Part shown: positions 28,511-41,028 of the stretch, piece by piece
Layout of the letters: each line of letters opens with the position of its first letter
Position numbering within the stretch: the first letter of the stretch is position 1
NCBI RefSeq assembly: GCF_902713615.1
Contig: NC_052158.1
Coordinates: forward strand, 43,363,159 to 43,427,158
DNA from: Scyliorhinus canicula
Lineage: Eukaryota
DNA length: 64,000 bases
Direction of reading: 5' to 3'
Notes under the pieces: model-generated
Seen by the model: the letters and a program-made list of their open reading frames with translations, nothing else
What the model was told of the DNA's origin: nothing
The model's database searches: none
Translations under genes and position numbers: made by a program

Positions 28511-29939
28511 ATAATAAAGTTAAACACATGAAGTCGCAATGTTGGTGGCTTAAGGAAAATACTGAGAAGACAGACTCATTAAAATAAGATAAACCAGTGG
28601 AGTTTCTTAAAGTGGGAAAAAAAAACCTTGTTCTAGCAGTGAGGGCAGCCTGTCAGAGGTTGGTGGATAAGCAGGTGCCAGAACTTTTAAAGGATTTTAT
28701 TTGTGAGGGTACGGTTTACTCGTGCACAAGGTGGAGTAGGTAAGGGATTAAGATTATAAGGGATACAGGAGCAAGTCAATCTTTAATGGTGAAAGATAAG
28801 GAGATGTGTAGTTCAAAAGGGGTGTAGCCAGAAAAGGTGGTAATATGTGGAATTAGTGGTGAGAGGAGTAGTGTGCCACTATATAAGGTAAGGTTAGAGA
28901 GTCCAGTGAAAAGTGATGAAGTGGTGGTCGGAGTAATAGAAAAATTACCTTTTTCAGGGGTACAATTTATTCTGGGAAATGGTACGACTGACTCATAGGT
29001 GGGAGTGATGTCTATTGTGGTTGAAAAACCAGTGGAAAGTTAAACAACTGAGGTGTTGCAAGAAGCATATCCTGCCGTGATTCGTGATTGTGTGGTGACA
29101 AGATCACAAAGCCACAGTTTGAGACAGGAGGAAGAGAACTTGCTGAGTACAGATAGGGAGGCTGAGGTTCAGTTGTCAAATACTATGGCCGGGATTCTCC
29201 CAAAACTGGCACGGATCACTCCGGCGTCGGGCCCCCTCAAACGCTGCGAAGTCTCCGGGCCCAAATGGGCTAGCAGCGGCGGGATGCCATTCGCAACGGC
29301 GTCACCCGCCATGGACGTGTGGCGTCACAGCACAAAAGACAGTCCCCACCCCCCCCCGGAAGACCCGCTAAGATGGCCAGCCGCTGCGCAGCCCCGAGGT
29401 TCCAAGAGCGCAACATCGAGGCGCTCCTGGTCGCAGTACAGGAGAGGAGGGAGGCCCTGTACCCCGGGCATGGCCGCAGGGTTGCCCCACGCCTCAGCCA
29501 GCGCCTGTAGAGGGGGGTGGTAGAGGCCGTCAGCGCTGTGGCTGTGACACCAAGGACAGGCGCCCAGTGCCACAAGAAGGTGAACGACCTTGTCAGGGCA
29601 GCCCCCCCCCCCCACCGCCCCAGATGTGAGGCACAGCCCCAGGTGCAATCAACCCTAACGCTGACCCAACACTAACCCCAATGTGCTGCGCACCTCTGCC
29701 AATATAAGCGCAACTGCTGGCGTGCATTCATATACCTAACACTGTTGCCCTTTACCCCTGCCACTCACCCCCCCCCCCCCCCCCCCCCCCCCCCCAGGAG
29801 AAGCCTGCACACAACAACAGGGAGCGTCAGAGGACTGGAGGGGGCCCACCTTATGAGGAAAGGGCCCTGGAACTGGCAGGGGGATCTGAGGACCGGGAGT
29901 GGTCGGGGGTATGCCAGCAAGTGAGCCACCCACGGCCCT

Positions 29940-30810
29940 TCCCCCTCCCCCATGTCCTCTCTCCCCATATCCCCCCTCCCTATATCCTCTCTCCCCCATA
30001 TCTCCTCTCCCCCATATTCCCCTCCCCATATCCCCTCTCCCCCATATCCTCCCTCCCCAATATCCCCCATATCCCCCTCCCCATATCCCCCCACCCCCAC
30101 ACCCGTATCCCCCATATCCCCCCTCCCCATATCCCCCTCCCCATATCTCCCTCCCCATATCCCCCTTCCCCATATCCCCCTCCCCATATCTCCCTCCCCA
30201 TATCCCCCTCCCCATTTCCCCATCCCATATCCCCCTCCCCATATCCCCATCCCATATCCCCCTCCCCATATCCCCCTCCCCATATCTCCCTCCCCATATC
30301 CCCCTAACCCATATTCCCCCTCCCCATATCCACCACCCCATATCCCCTTCCCTCATATCCCCCCTCCCCCATATCCCCTCCCCATATCCCCCATATCCTC
30401 TCCTACATATCCCCCTCCCCATTTCCCCCTCCCCATATCTTCCCTCCCCATTTCACCCCTCCCCCATGTCCCCCACCCCCATATCCCGCTCCCCCATATC
30501 CCCCTCCCCTTATCCCCCATAACCCCCTCCCCCATATCCCGCTCCCCATATCCCCCTCCCCTTATCCCCCCATATCCCCCTCCCCATATCCCCCTCCCCA
30601 TATCCCCTCCTCATAATCCCCTCCCCGTACTCCCCATATCCCCCACCCCTATATCCCCCCATATCCCCTCTCCCCCATATCCCCCTCCCCCAGATCCCCC
30701 ATATCCCCCTCCCCATATCCCCATGTCCTCTCTCCCCCATATCCCCCTCCCCCATATCCCCCTCCCCATATCCCCCTCCCCATTTCCCACCTCCCCTATA
30801 TCCCCCTACA
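29940..30810. repeat. C-rich minisatellite (ccccatatccccctc)n, about 15-16-bp unit, inside the Harbinger Myb gene
   Basis: Dozens of imperfect ccccatatcccc units. Confidence 0.95.
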
Positions 30811-31011
30811 CCCCCCGCGTGTCTGACCATACATGCTGTATTGTGTACTGCCGTGTGGCTGCCGACCGCCTGCAGGATGCCCCAGGGCGACCATGAGAGA
30901 GGGAGAGACCCAGAGCAACATGGCGACAATGCCCCCGTCTCAGGTGCGGCGATGCAGTCGTGTGACACCCAGTGATGAGGGGAGCAGCCACTTCCCCCCG
31001 TCGCAACCGAG

Positions 31012-31170
31012 CCAGGACAGCCCTGCCCAGGACAGCCCTACCCAGGACACACCTACCTAGGACAGTCCTACCCAGGACAGCCCTACCCAGGACAGCCCTA
31101 CCCAGGACAGCCCTACCCAGGACACACCTACCTAGGACAGTCCTACCCAGGACAGCCCTACCCAGGACAC
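31012..31170 (+). repeat. 15-bp coding tandem repeat (ccaggacagccctac) x10.5, encoding QDSPT
   Basis: Units counted directly; a 75-bp higher-order duplication is present. Confidence 0.95.
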
Positions 31171-32545
31171 CGACGCACGCACAAGTCACTGAAAGACAGG
31201 ACAGTGACACACAGTGGACGGGTGGAGACGAGGCGCCACCCCAGGGGACCATGGACTCGGAGTCGAACGATGCGCACGACACAACGCCACTGCTTTCTCC
31301 AACACCCTCCACCATCGCAGAGACACTCACCTCGGTTGGGCACTTTAGTGATGAGGCGTCTGGTACACTCACTAGTACAGCAGGTGGAGGTAGGAGCAGC
31401 CGGGCCGGGAGGTCGGAGGGCATCTTGGCGCAAGCGAACATCTGCCGCCCAGAAGGGTCCCGGATTTTTGCAGTTACCACATCAACCTACAGACCCAATT
31501 CAGCCACCAAACCTGGGACGAAGGAAGAGGATGATGGCTGGCTTGCGGCAGCTGCAGACGCAGGTGGAGGAGTGCGCCCGCGTCCAGCAGCTGGGTGGTG
31601 CCAGTCATGCATGCCACCCAGGCTGAAACCGCACGGGTGGCATCCGCGGTGGAGGTAATGGTGCGACGATGTCAGACATGGGGAGCAGGATACGAGGCCT
31701 GGGGCATTCCGTGAATGCGGCATGTGTGGCCCAGGACTTGGCTTCCCTCTCAGGAAGCCATGAGCCAGAGCCAGCAGCAGATGGCAGAGGCACTCAATGC
31801 CGTTGCCCAGTCTCTGCAGGCAATGGCCCAGTCTCAGCAGGCCATGGCTGAGGGCATCGGTGCCATTGCCCATGTGCTAGCCAGTGTTGCACGGTCACAG
31901 ACAGGGATGGGCAACTCCATGAGCTCCATGGCTGCAAACCTGCAGCCCCTTGTCGATACCAGCACAGGCCTCAGGACTGGCAGCGCCAGGTGTCGGGGGG
32001 ACGCGGATGGCCGGTCCGTTCGCACCCCTGACCCATGTAGAGGCCCGGGGGCCATCGAGCACCCCGAGGAAGGAAGAGGTGCTGGGGCCCTCCAGCGGAG
32101 GTCCCGGAACACCGCGGCACCTCGGACTCCCCCCCCCCCCCTTTCCGTTCCAGGTGCATCTGGTGGGCAGTGGGCAGGACTGGCTGGCAGCTCACCATCC
32201 CAGTCGCCCGAACCACAGCCTGGCCCATCTTGACATGGCCGGCCCAGGAAACGGCCGGCAAAGGGATCCCGAGTCAGAGGGCAGGAATTGCATGAATCCA
32301 GTTCTCCTGTACCATCTGGGGAACCACCTAGACGTAGTCAAGGTCCCGTAAGGCCAAACAATTAGACACTGAGTAAGTTGGCACGGGTGCAGGGCACAGA
32401 CAAGTTTTAGGGGCTAGGGCACGTGTATGGACATTTTGTTATTAAAATCACTTTCACACCTACAGAAGCTACCTTTGTGTTCTGTCCAAAGCGTGTGGGG
32501 GTGTCATGTACGTTGAGCGCCGGTGTCTGTGTGTGAGGGGTGGTC

Positions 32546-33733
32546 TTACGTCGGCCCCAGGTGAGTGTGCCGCCGCCCCTCCACCTGGGCCGCCCTCTCC
32601 ATCCCCCCCGGGCAGAGGACGGGACCGTGCGCCGCAGTGTCACGGCCGCATGCAGGGATGGTTGGTGGATGGTGGTACTGTGGTCAGACATTGTCCAATG
32701 ATGTGGAGCCAGGAGCTCATCGGAGAGCGGGTCATCATCATCCTCCATGGCCTGCAATAGACACGCTTCCACCGGCAACCGTGTGTGCCTGGCCCGTTGT
32801 GCCGCAGGTGGCTGTGCAATGGAGGGGTGGTGTGCATGCGGGTGAGGTGGGGGTGATTGGTGGTGGGTGGGTGGGAGGGGGGAGTGAGGGTGTTGGTGCT
32901 GGGCGGGTGAGGGTGATCGGATGTTGCCATGGTGTGCGGTATGTGGCCTGACTCGCCGATTCCCACGCCACCTAATCAGTGAACCGGGCGGCTATCAGCC
33001 TGTCTCAACCGCAGACCACCTGGATGTTCATGGAATAGGTCCCCTCCCTATTGGTGAAGACGGCCCTGTTATCTGCAGGTGGCCGCACGGTGATGTGCAT
33101 CCCATCGATCGCGCCCTGGACCATGGGAAACCCGGCCACGGCAACAAAGCCCTCTGCCCGGGCATCCTGGCTAGCCCCGGTCCATAGGGAACTGGATGTA
33201 GCGGTCCGCAATGGCATAAAGGGCGTCTGTTACTGCCCGGATGCACCGGTGCACCGATGCCTGCGAGATTCCCGTACAGGTCCCCATTCGGCGCGTGGAA
33301 CGACCCCGTAGCATAAAGGTTCAGGGCCACCGTAACCTTGCTTGACACGGGAGAGGGTGTCCTCCCCCAGTGCCATGCGGTGCCAGGTGTGCCAGCAGGT
33401 TGCAGATGTGTGCCATGGTTTCCCGGCTCATCCTGAGTCTCCTGCTGCATGCCCGGTCCGTGAGGTGCTGGTACGATGAACGGGGCCGGTACACACGGGG
33501 CCTCCTCGGGCGTCTCCATCGCCGTGGCGCCACAACGTCCTCCACCCTCTCCTCGTGCTCCCCCTTTTCTTCGTGCTCCTCCTCCTCATCCTGTTGGCGG
33601 GTGGCCCTCTAGCCTGGGCGCATGCCGCATGCTCCTCTGCGGCAGCCTCTCTGCCACGCTCCTCCTCCAGGGCAACATGTAGAATAGCGCCTGCCACCAC
33701 GTTGGCCAACATCACTGGCTGATCAGAAAACAT
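32546..33733 (-). pseudogene. Harbinger DDE transposase (HARBI1-like), frameshifted and internally deleted
   Basis: PRVYRPR..., KVTVALNLYATGSF, GFPMVQGAIDGMHI, YSMNIQVVC. Confidence 0.88.
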
Positions 33734-33864
33734 GACGGCCTGTGGGGGGGGGGAAACGACAACATGTCATCATTGCCCGTACACGCACCCCCCCCCCTAA
33801 AGCAGCCAGGTGCCATGGGCAGCATGGGTGCGACTGTGGGACGATGGCACCTGGCCAGGCGGAC

Positions 33865-36320
33865 GACCTCCCATCCCCCCCTCCCCGGCACTGTCCCCCC
33901 TCCCCGGCACTGTCCCCCCCCCTCCTCGGTACTCTCCCCCCTCCCCGGCACTCTCCCCCCCTCCCCGGCACTCTCCCCCCCTCCCCGGCACTCTCCCCCC
34001 CCCCCCTCCCCGGGACTGCCCCCCCCCCCCCGTTACTCGCTCTCACTACCCCTCTAACCCCCTCCTCGCACTGTCCCCCCTCCCCGCACTGTCCCCCCCC
34101 CCCGGCACTGTCCCCCTCTGGCACTCTCCCCCCCTCCCCGCACTCTCCCCCCCCCTCCCCGGAACTGCCCCCCCCCCCGGCACTCGCTCTCACCACCCCT
34201 CTAACCCCCTCCCCGGCACTCTCCCCCCCCCCCCCCCCCCTCCCCGGAACTGCCCCTCCCCGGCACTGTCGCCCCTCCCCGGCACTGTCCCCCTCTGGCA
34301 CTCTCTCCCCCCCTCCCCTGCACTCTCCCCCCCCCCCCTCCCCGGAACTGCCCCCCCCCCCCGGCACTCGCTCTCACCACCCCTCTAACCCCCTCCTCGG
34401 CACTGTCCCCCCTCCCCGGCACTGTCCCCCCTCCCCGGCACTGTCCCCCTCTGGCACTCTCCCCCCCTCCCCGGCACTCTCCCCCCCCTCCCCGGAACTG
34501 CCCCCCCCAGCACTCGCTCTCACCACCCCTCTAACCCCCTCCCCGGCACTCTCCCACCCTCACATGCCAATCTCCCCCCCCTCCCCTACACTCCCCCCCC
34601 TCCCCGGCACTCTCCCTCCCTCCCCGGCACTCTCCCCCCTCCCCGGCACTCTCCCTCCTCCCCGGGAACTCTCCCCCCCCCCACCCCGGCACTCTCCCCC
34701 CCTCCCCCCCCCGGCCCTCTCCCCCCCCCCCCCCTCTCCGGCACTCTCCCCCCCTCCCCGGCACTCACCGTCCCCCATCCCCGGCATTCTCCCCCCCCCT
34801 CCCTGGCACTGTTCCCCCCCCTCCCCGGCACTCTCCCTCCCTCCCCGGCACTCTCCCTCCCTCCCCGGCACTCTCCCGCCCTCCCCGGGAACTCTCCCCC
34901 CCCACCCCTCCACTCTCCCCCCTCCCCCCTTCTCCGGCACTCTCCCTCCCTCCCTCCCCGGCACTCTCCCCCCCCTCCCGGGAACTCTCCCCCTCCCCCC
35001 CTCCGGCACTCTCCCCTCCCTCCCTCTCCGGCACTCTCCCCCCCTCCCCGGCACTCGCCGTCCCCCATCCCCGGCATTCTCCCCCCCCCTCCCTGGCACT
35101 GTTCCCCCCCCTCCCCGGCACTGCCCCAGCCCCACTTGCCGGCACTGTCCCCCCCTCCCCGGCACTCTCCCCTCCTCCCCGGCACTCCCCCCCCTCCCCG
35201 GCACTCTTCCCCCCCTCCCTGGCACTAGCACTCTCCCCCCCTCCCCGGCACTCGCTCTCTCACCCCCCCGCCCCGGCACTGCCCCCCCCCCCCTCCCTCC
35301 CCGGCACTCTCCCCCCCCCCCTCCCCGAACTGCCCCCCCCCCCGGCACTCGCTCTCACCACCCCTCTAACCCCCTCCTCGGCACTGTCCCCCCTCCCCGG
35401 CACTGTCCCCCCTCCCCGGCACTGTCCCCCTCTGGCACTCTTCCCCCCCTCCCCGGCACTCTCCCCCCCCCTCCCCGGAACTGCCCCCCCCAGCACTCGC
35501 TCTCACCACCCCTCTAACCCCCTCCCCGGCACTCTCCCACCCTCACATGCCAATCTCCCCCCCCTCCCCTACACTCCCCCCCTCCCCGGCACTCTCCCTC
35601 CCTCCCCGGCACTCTCCCTCCCTCCCCGGCACTCTCGCCTCCTCCCCGGGAACTCTCCCCCCCCCACCCCGGCACTCTCCCCCCCTCCCCCCCCCCCGGC
35701 ACTCTCCCCCCTCCCCCCCTCTCCGGCACTCTCCCCCCCTCCCCGGCACTCACCGTCCCCCATCCCCGGCATTCTCCCCCCCCTCCCTGGCACTGTTCCC
35801 CCCCCCTCCCCGGCACTCTCCCTCCCTCCCCGGCACTCTCCCTCCCTCCCCGGCACTCTCCCGCCCTCCCCGGGAACTCTCCCCCCCCCCACCCCTCCAC
35901 TCTCCCCCCTCCCCCCTTCTCCGGCACTCTCCCTCCCTCCCTCCCCGGCACTCTCCCCCCCTCCCCGGGAACTCTCCCCCTCCCCCCCTCTCCGGCACTC
36001 TCCCCTCCCTCCCTCTCCGGCACTCTCCCCCCCTCCCCGGCACTCGCCGTCCCCCATCCCCGGCATTCTCCCCCCCCTCCCTGGCACTGTTCCCCCCCCC
36101 TCCCCGGCACTGCCCCAGCCCCACTTGCCGGCACTGTCCCCCCCTCCCCGGCACTCTCCCCTCCTCCCCGGCACTCCCCCCCCCTCCCCGGCACTCTCCC
36201 CCCCTCCCTGGCACTAGCACTCTCCCCCCCTCCCCGGCACTCGCTCTCTCACCCCCCGCCCCGGCACTGCCCCCCCCCCTCCCTCCCCCGGCACTCCCCC
36301 CCCCCCCGCCCATCAGCACC
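33865..36320. repeat. 2.4-kb hierarchical C-rich minisatellite (ctccccggcactctccccc core) in the Harbinger right arm
   Basis: About 19-bp core; recurrent gctctcaccacccctctaaccccc marker; about 985-bp tandem block (cacatgccaatct at 34561 and 35544; gcactagcac at 35222 and 36211). Confidence 0.93.
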
Positions 36321-36658
36321 GGTTGACGCGTTAAATAGGTGTTTTGATTGACGGCGACGTGACCGGTGGTCACATCGACGGAACTTTGGCCCATCCGGCC
36401 GAGAGAATTCGGGCAGCACCGGGGTCTATAGCGTCGTGCCGGCCCCCGCAATTCTCCAACGTGGGCGGCGGGATTGACGCCTCCCCGACTTTTTATCGGT
36501 CAGAGACTTCGGGAGACGGCAGGGGCGGGATTCACACCGGCCCCCGGGTGGGGGTCGGAGAATTCCGTCCCATGTTTGAACAGATGGTTGGTAAAGAACA
36601 AGAGCAGGTGGTGGAGGAAGCTTTAGTTCAAGAAAGTTGATAGAATTACACCAGAAAA

Positions 36659-36880
36659 GGGCAGCAGGGTAGCGCGGTGGTTAGCACTGCTGCCTCACGG
36701 CGCTGAGGACCGAGGTTCAATCCTGACCCTGGGTCACTGACCTTGTGGACTTTGCACATTATCCCCATGTCTCACCCCCACAACCCAAAAGGATGTGCAG
36801 GGTAAGTGAATTGGTTATCCTAAATTGCCCCTTAATCGGAAAAATAAAGAATTGGGTACTCTAAATTAAAAAAAATAAAA
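36659..36880 (+). mobile_element. A-tailed V-SINE with 13-bp TSD
   Basis: aattacaccagaa (36644-36656) / aattacagcagaa (36881-36893). Confidence 0.85.
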
Positions 36881-38264
36881 AATTACAGCAGAATGATTCA
36901 GAGATAAAGCAGTTGTATCCGGAAGCATATATGGAAATAGAATCTGAGTGTATACCAGAGTGTTATTACATTAAAAATATGTATTCATATAGAAATTGAA
37001 GAGCTTTACATATTCAGGCAGATGAGAAATGGGCACAAGTTCATGAAGTGGTATTACTGGTCGGTTATAGAAAAGGTGTTTTACAGGTGTATCATATGAG
37101 ATTCCAATACAGGGTCATTTAGAAGTAAGAAAAAGTCAAGTAAAAATACAAAATAATTTTTATTGGCCTGTACTGCATAACGATGTAGTTGTCACATATG
37201 TTACACATGTCAGGTAATAGGAAAATAGGGTCTTGTCTGGGATTGTAATAGTGAGGTCTCAAAAGGGTTGCAGTCAACTGCCGCAGATCTCCTTAATCCT
37301 AAACTCAATTGTTCTTGCTATCAAAGCCAATTTGTAAGTTACCTCCTTACTGGCTAGCTGCACCTGCATGTAAATTTTGCTACTTTTGAAAAGGACAGCC
37401 AGGTCTGCTTGGCTATCCACACCTCTTTGCCTCACCAGCTTGGAAAGTCTTTGGTTTTCAATATATGTCCCTTCGATGCCAGGTTTGCTGGTGTGAAACT
37501 CTACCATTTTGACGCTGGCGTGGGGACATAGTCCCAATAATGCAGAATCCAGCCCAAGAACTTTACTGTAAACCCTGCGCCAACAGTATTCTCAGAAGGC
37601 TCAAAACCAAGTTAGTAATACCTGCTGGGTTGCCCGATGCATGCCATGGCTGGACATTCATGAATGACGGCCAAAGCTGAAACATACTCATATTGGAATA
37701 CTGATGATGTGAGACAATAAATGATGTACCGTTAGAACTGCATCATCAGAATTTGTTTTCGAACAAAGTGCAATGCCCTTAATTCACCGTAACCATTGCA
37801 GCAAACCTGAACACAGTGCAATTAAACAGGTAATAATCATAGAGATTGAACACCTGTGACACCGCCATGCCTTCAAAAATTTCTTGATCTGTTTCCACTT
37901 CAATACTGAGGTGTCCTGCTGTTTGCTAGTCCCTGTTAACTGTGTGATTCAGATGGACTGCCTCTGGTGGTCCAAAAGCTAGAGGGCTCTGGCCTACTAT
38001 TTGTCTCCAGATGTGCGGCAGATGCACTCTCCTGGATGAGGGCACTGGTAGAGGGGTGGTGGTGCGGCAGTGGAGTATTCTGCAATGAAGCCACTGGGTT
38101 GTCTGGTACAGTACTCCTCCTCCCTTTGGGTGCCCAATGGTAACTCCCTGACTCCTGTCCAATGGTAACTCCCTTGTTCCTTGAAGGTAAGGAGTACCTG
38201 GAAGGAGATTGCAGTGCCTCGTCCCCTTTTGTCTCGCCACTGCTGTACTGCAATTAAACAAACA

Positions 38265-38860
38265 TATGAATTAGGAGCAGAAGTTGGCCATTCAACCCCT
38301 CAAACCTGCTCCACCATTCAAGAAGATCATGGCTGATCTGATTGCAACCTCAACCCCAAATTCCCAGCTACCCCAATAACCTATCACCACCTTGCTTATC
38401 AAGAATCTACCTACCACTGCCTTCAAAATATTCAAAACCTGCTTGCACTGCCTTTTGAGGAAGAGAGTTCCAAAGACTCACAACCTTCTGAGAATATTTT
38501 TTTTCCCTAATCTCTGTCTTAAATGTGTGAACTTTTATTTTTAAACAGTGACTCCCCCTCCCCTCCACTTTTAGATTTTCCAACGAGAGGAAATGTTCTC
38601 TCCACATCCACTCTATTAATACCTCTCAGGATCTTAATGGTTTTGATTAAGTTACCTCTTACTCTTCTACTCCAACGGATATACGTCGAAACTGTTCAAT
38701 CTTTTGTCATAACACAGTAAACCTCTGAATTGCCTCCTTCCTTAAAAAGGAGAATACTGTACACAATATTCCAGATGTGGTCTCACCAATACCCTGTACA
38801 ACTGAAGGATAACCTCTGCTCACAATAAAAGAAAACATTCTATTGGCTTTTCCAATTACT
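38265..38860 (-). mobile_element. Degraded CR1 3' fragment
   Basis: ...GHCLKIK...FKTEIR.K.YSQKVVSLWNSLPQKAV and CR1 tail. Confidence 0.75.
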
Positions 38861-38879
38861 TGCATTCTAACTGTCATAA

Positions 38880-39150
38880 CCTGGCGACAAGGAGTAAACT
38901 CTGGTCTCTGGGCAATGCTGCAGCCTTTGGCCTCCGCCGCTTCTGAAGCTCTGAGTTCTAGTAGGGTTCTTCTGCATCCCGGAAGTCCGTTGTTTGGTCA
39001 GTTGGATCCATTTGATGCGTCTCGGGAGAGTTGGGTCCACTCCGCCGAGCTCGTTTGCTTCTTCTTTCGGGTCAATGGTATAGAGAATGAGCAGAAAGTG
39101 GTGGTGTTCCTCACTGCGGTGGGGGAGGAGACATACAGGGTGATCTGAGA
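38880..39150 (+). mobile_element. Gypsy (Mag-like) PBS and gag N-terminal remnant
   Basis: tggcgacaagg PBS-like at 38882; LFGQLDPFDASRESW...FFFRVNGI...FLTAVGEETY. Probably continues at ~49450-50070 (protease remnant). Confidence 0.55.
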
Positions 39151-39249
39151 CTTTTAATAATAGTAATAATCTTTATTATTGTCACAAGTAGGCTTACATT
39201 AAAACTGCAATGATGCTATTGTGCAAATCTCCTCGTTGCCACGTTCCGC

Positions 39250-39839
39250 TCTCTGTTTTTCACGGCGAATGGCGATTCTCCGACCCGGATGGGCCGAGCG
39301 GCCTGCTGTTCACAGACGTTTCATGACAGCGGCAAACACACCTAGTTGCTGGCGTCGTGAAACGGGAGTGGGAAGCCTGTTTGGGGCATGTAGGTGGCCT
39401 AGAAAGGAAAGAGCACCACGACTGTGCTCGGGAGGGGCAGGCCCGCGATCGGTGCCCACCGATCGTCGGGCCGGCGTTCAAATCGGATGCACTATTTCCC
39501 CTCCGCCGCCCCGCAAGATCAAGCCGCCACGTCTGGCGAGGCGGCTGAGGGGAAAGACGGCCACCGCACATGCGCGAGTTCGGGCCATCAGCGTCATGAC
39601 GTCAGCCATGCGCGGGTAGGAGTCGGCCAAATTGCGCATGCCCGGCTGACGTCATTAGGCGCGCCGGCCGCGTCATTCTCGGCGTGACGCCCCCACGGCC
39701 AAGATTTTGCGGAGCGCCGCTCCTAGCCCCACCGGGAGGGGAGAATAGGGGGCGAGGAGCGGCCTCCGAGGCCGTCGTGAAACTCGGCCGAGTTCACGGC
39801 GGCCCTCCCAATTTTTCCCGGGAGCGGAGAATTCCGCCC
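39250..39839. mobile_element. Harbinger-type MITE, left end lost next to a SINE tail at 39155-39250
   Basis: Right TIR ggagaattccgccc (39826-39839); shared subterminal motifs. Confidence 0.7.
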
Positions 39840-41028
39840 ATGGTACATCGACAAACAGTGATTGGTTACAGTGCGGAACAAGGGCCAAACAAGAGCCGCA
39901 TAGGGCATCGTGAATATTGTTCTTACAGGGAACAGATCAGTCCACAGGGAAGCCATTGAGGAGTCTTGTAGCTGTGGGGAAGAAGCTGTTCTTATGTCTG
40001 GATGTGGGGGTCTTCAGACTTCTGTATCTTCTGCCTGATGGAAGGGTCTGGAAGAGGGCAAAGCCTGGGTATGAGGGGTCTCTGACAATGCTGTCTGCCT
40101 TTCTGAGGCAACGGGAGGTGTATACAGAATCAATGTGAGGGTGGAAAACTTGTGTGATGCGTTGGGTTGAGTTCAACACACAGCAGTTTCTTGCAATTTT
40201 GGATCGAGCAGTTGCCATTACAAGCTGTAATGCAGCAGGATAGGATGCTCTCCATCGCACATCTGTAGAAGTTTGTGAGAGTCGATGCAGACATCCCGAC
40301 TTTCTTTAGCTTCCATAGGAAGTAGAGACGTTGTTGAGCTTTCTTAACTGTTGCATCAACATGAGTGGACCAAGACAGACTGTTGGTGATGGTGACCCCC
40401 AGGAAATTAAAGCTATCGACCAGAGCCATTGATGTAGACCGGGGGGGGGGGGGGGGGGGGGGGGGGTGTCATGCTACGCTTCCTGAATTCGATGATCAGT
40501 TCCTTGGTCTTTCCAACATTTAGAGAGAGGTTGTTTTCAGTACACCATGCAACCAAGTGATCTATCTCCCTTCTGTAGTCCGATTTGCTGTTGTTTGAGA
40601 TAAAGACCCACCACAGTCGTATCATCTGCAAATTTATAGATTGAATTGGAGTTGAATCTCACCACACAGTCGTGTGTGTACAGGGAGTACAGTAGAGGAC
40701 TGAGCACACATCCTTGCGGGACCCTGGTGTTGGGGACTATTGTGTAGGAGGTGCTGTTACCTATCCTGACAGATTGCGGTCTGTTGGTGAGGAAGTCAAG
40801 GATCTAGCTGCACAGGGAGGGATCAAGACCAAGGTTGCAGAGTTTGGTTATTAGTCTTGTTGGGATCATTTTTTTCAAATGCTTTTTATTGGCTTTTCTC
40901 ATATTTATAAAGTTGTTGCTTATTTACGTTACATTTTTCTTGCCCGCGGCAATTTGCTTCATTTTACAGAGAGGTTTGTTTTGTCCTTCATTTGACTAAC
41001 TGTACGTACACTTTGCTGCCCTCTGGAT

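Larger units (their letters stand above)
29373..32376 (+). pseudogene. Harbinger Myb/SANT (trihelix-like) DNA-binding protein gene, disrupted
   Basis: MASRCAAPRFQERNIEALLVAVQERREALYP...QCHKKVNDLVRAA, exon EKPAHNNRERQRTGGGP, and coiled-coil-like QSQQQMAEALNAVAQSLQAM; contains stops and frameshifts. Confidence 0.8.
29187..36570. mobile_element. PIF/Harbinger DNA transposon (7.4 kb, decayed autonomous type) with convergent Myb/SANT and transposase genes
   Basis: 14-bp TIRs ggccgggattctcc / ggagaattccgtcc; 3-bp TSD TAT/CAT; both genes recognisable. Confidence 0.88.
28540..37200 (+). mobile_element. Degraded Gmr1-like Gypsy pol (protease then integrase N-terminus), split by the Harbinger (29187-36570) and a SINE
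   Basis: RDTGASQSL protease motif at ~28765. The frame rejoins as LSNT|MFEQM across the Harbinger, then reads IPECYYIKN and VHEVVL.VGYRK.VL..YH. Confidence 0.6.

Noticed and set aside
29736-30968. Pro/Ile/Tyr-rich and Gly-rich ORFs (extensin- or keratin-like appearance)
   Set aside because: Artefacts of the ccccatatcccc tandem array.
31012-31170. CRISPR-like array
   Set aside because: Head-to-tail 15-bp units without unique spacers, in a eukaryotic context with no cas genes.
33742-36451. Long Pro-rich and Gly/Glu/Arg-rich ORFs (up to 591 aa)
   Set aside because: They are translations of the C-rich minisatellite, which lacks stop codons in several frames on both strands. No domain content.
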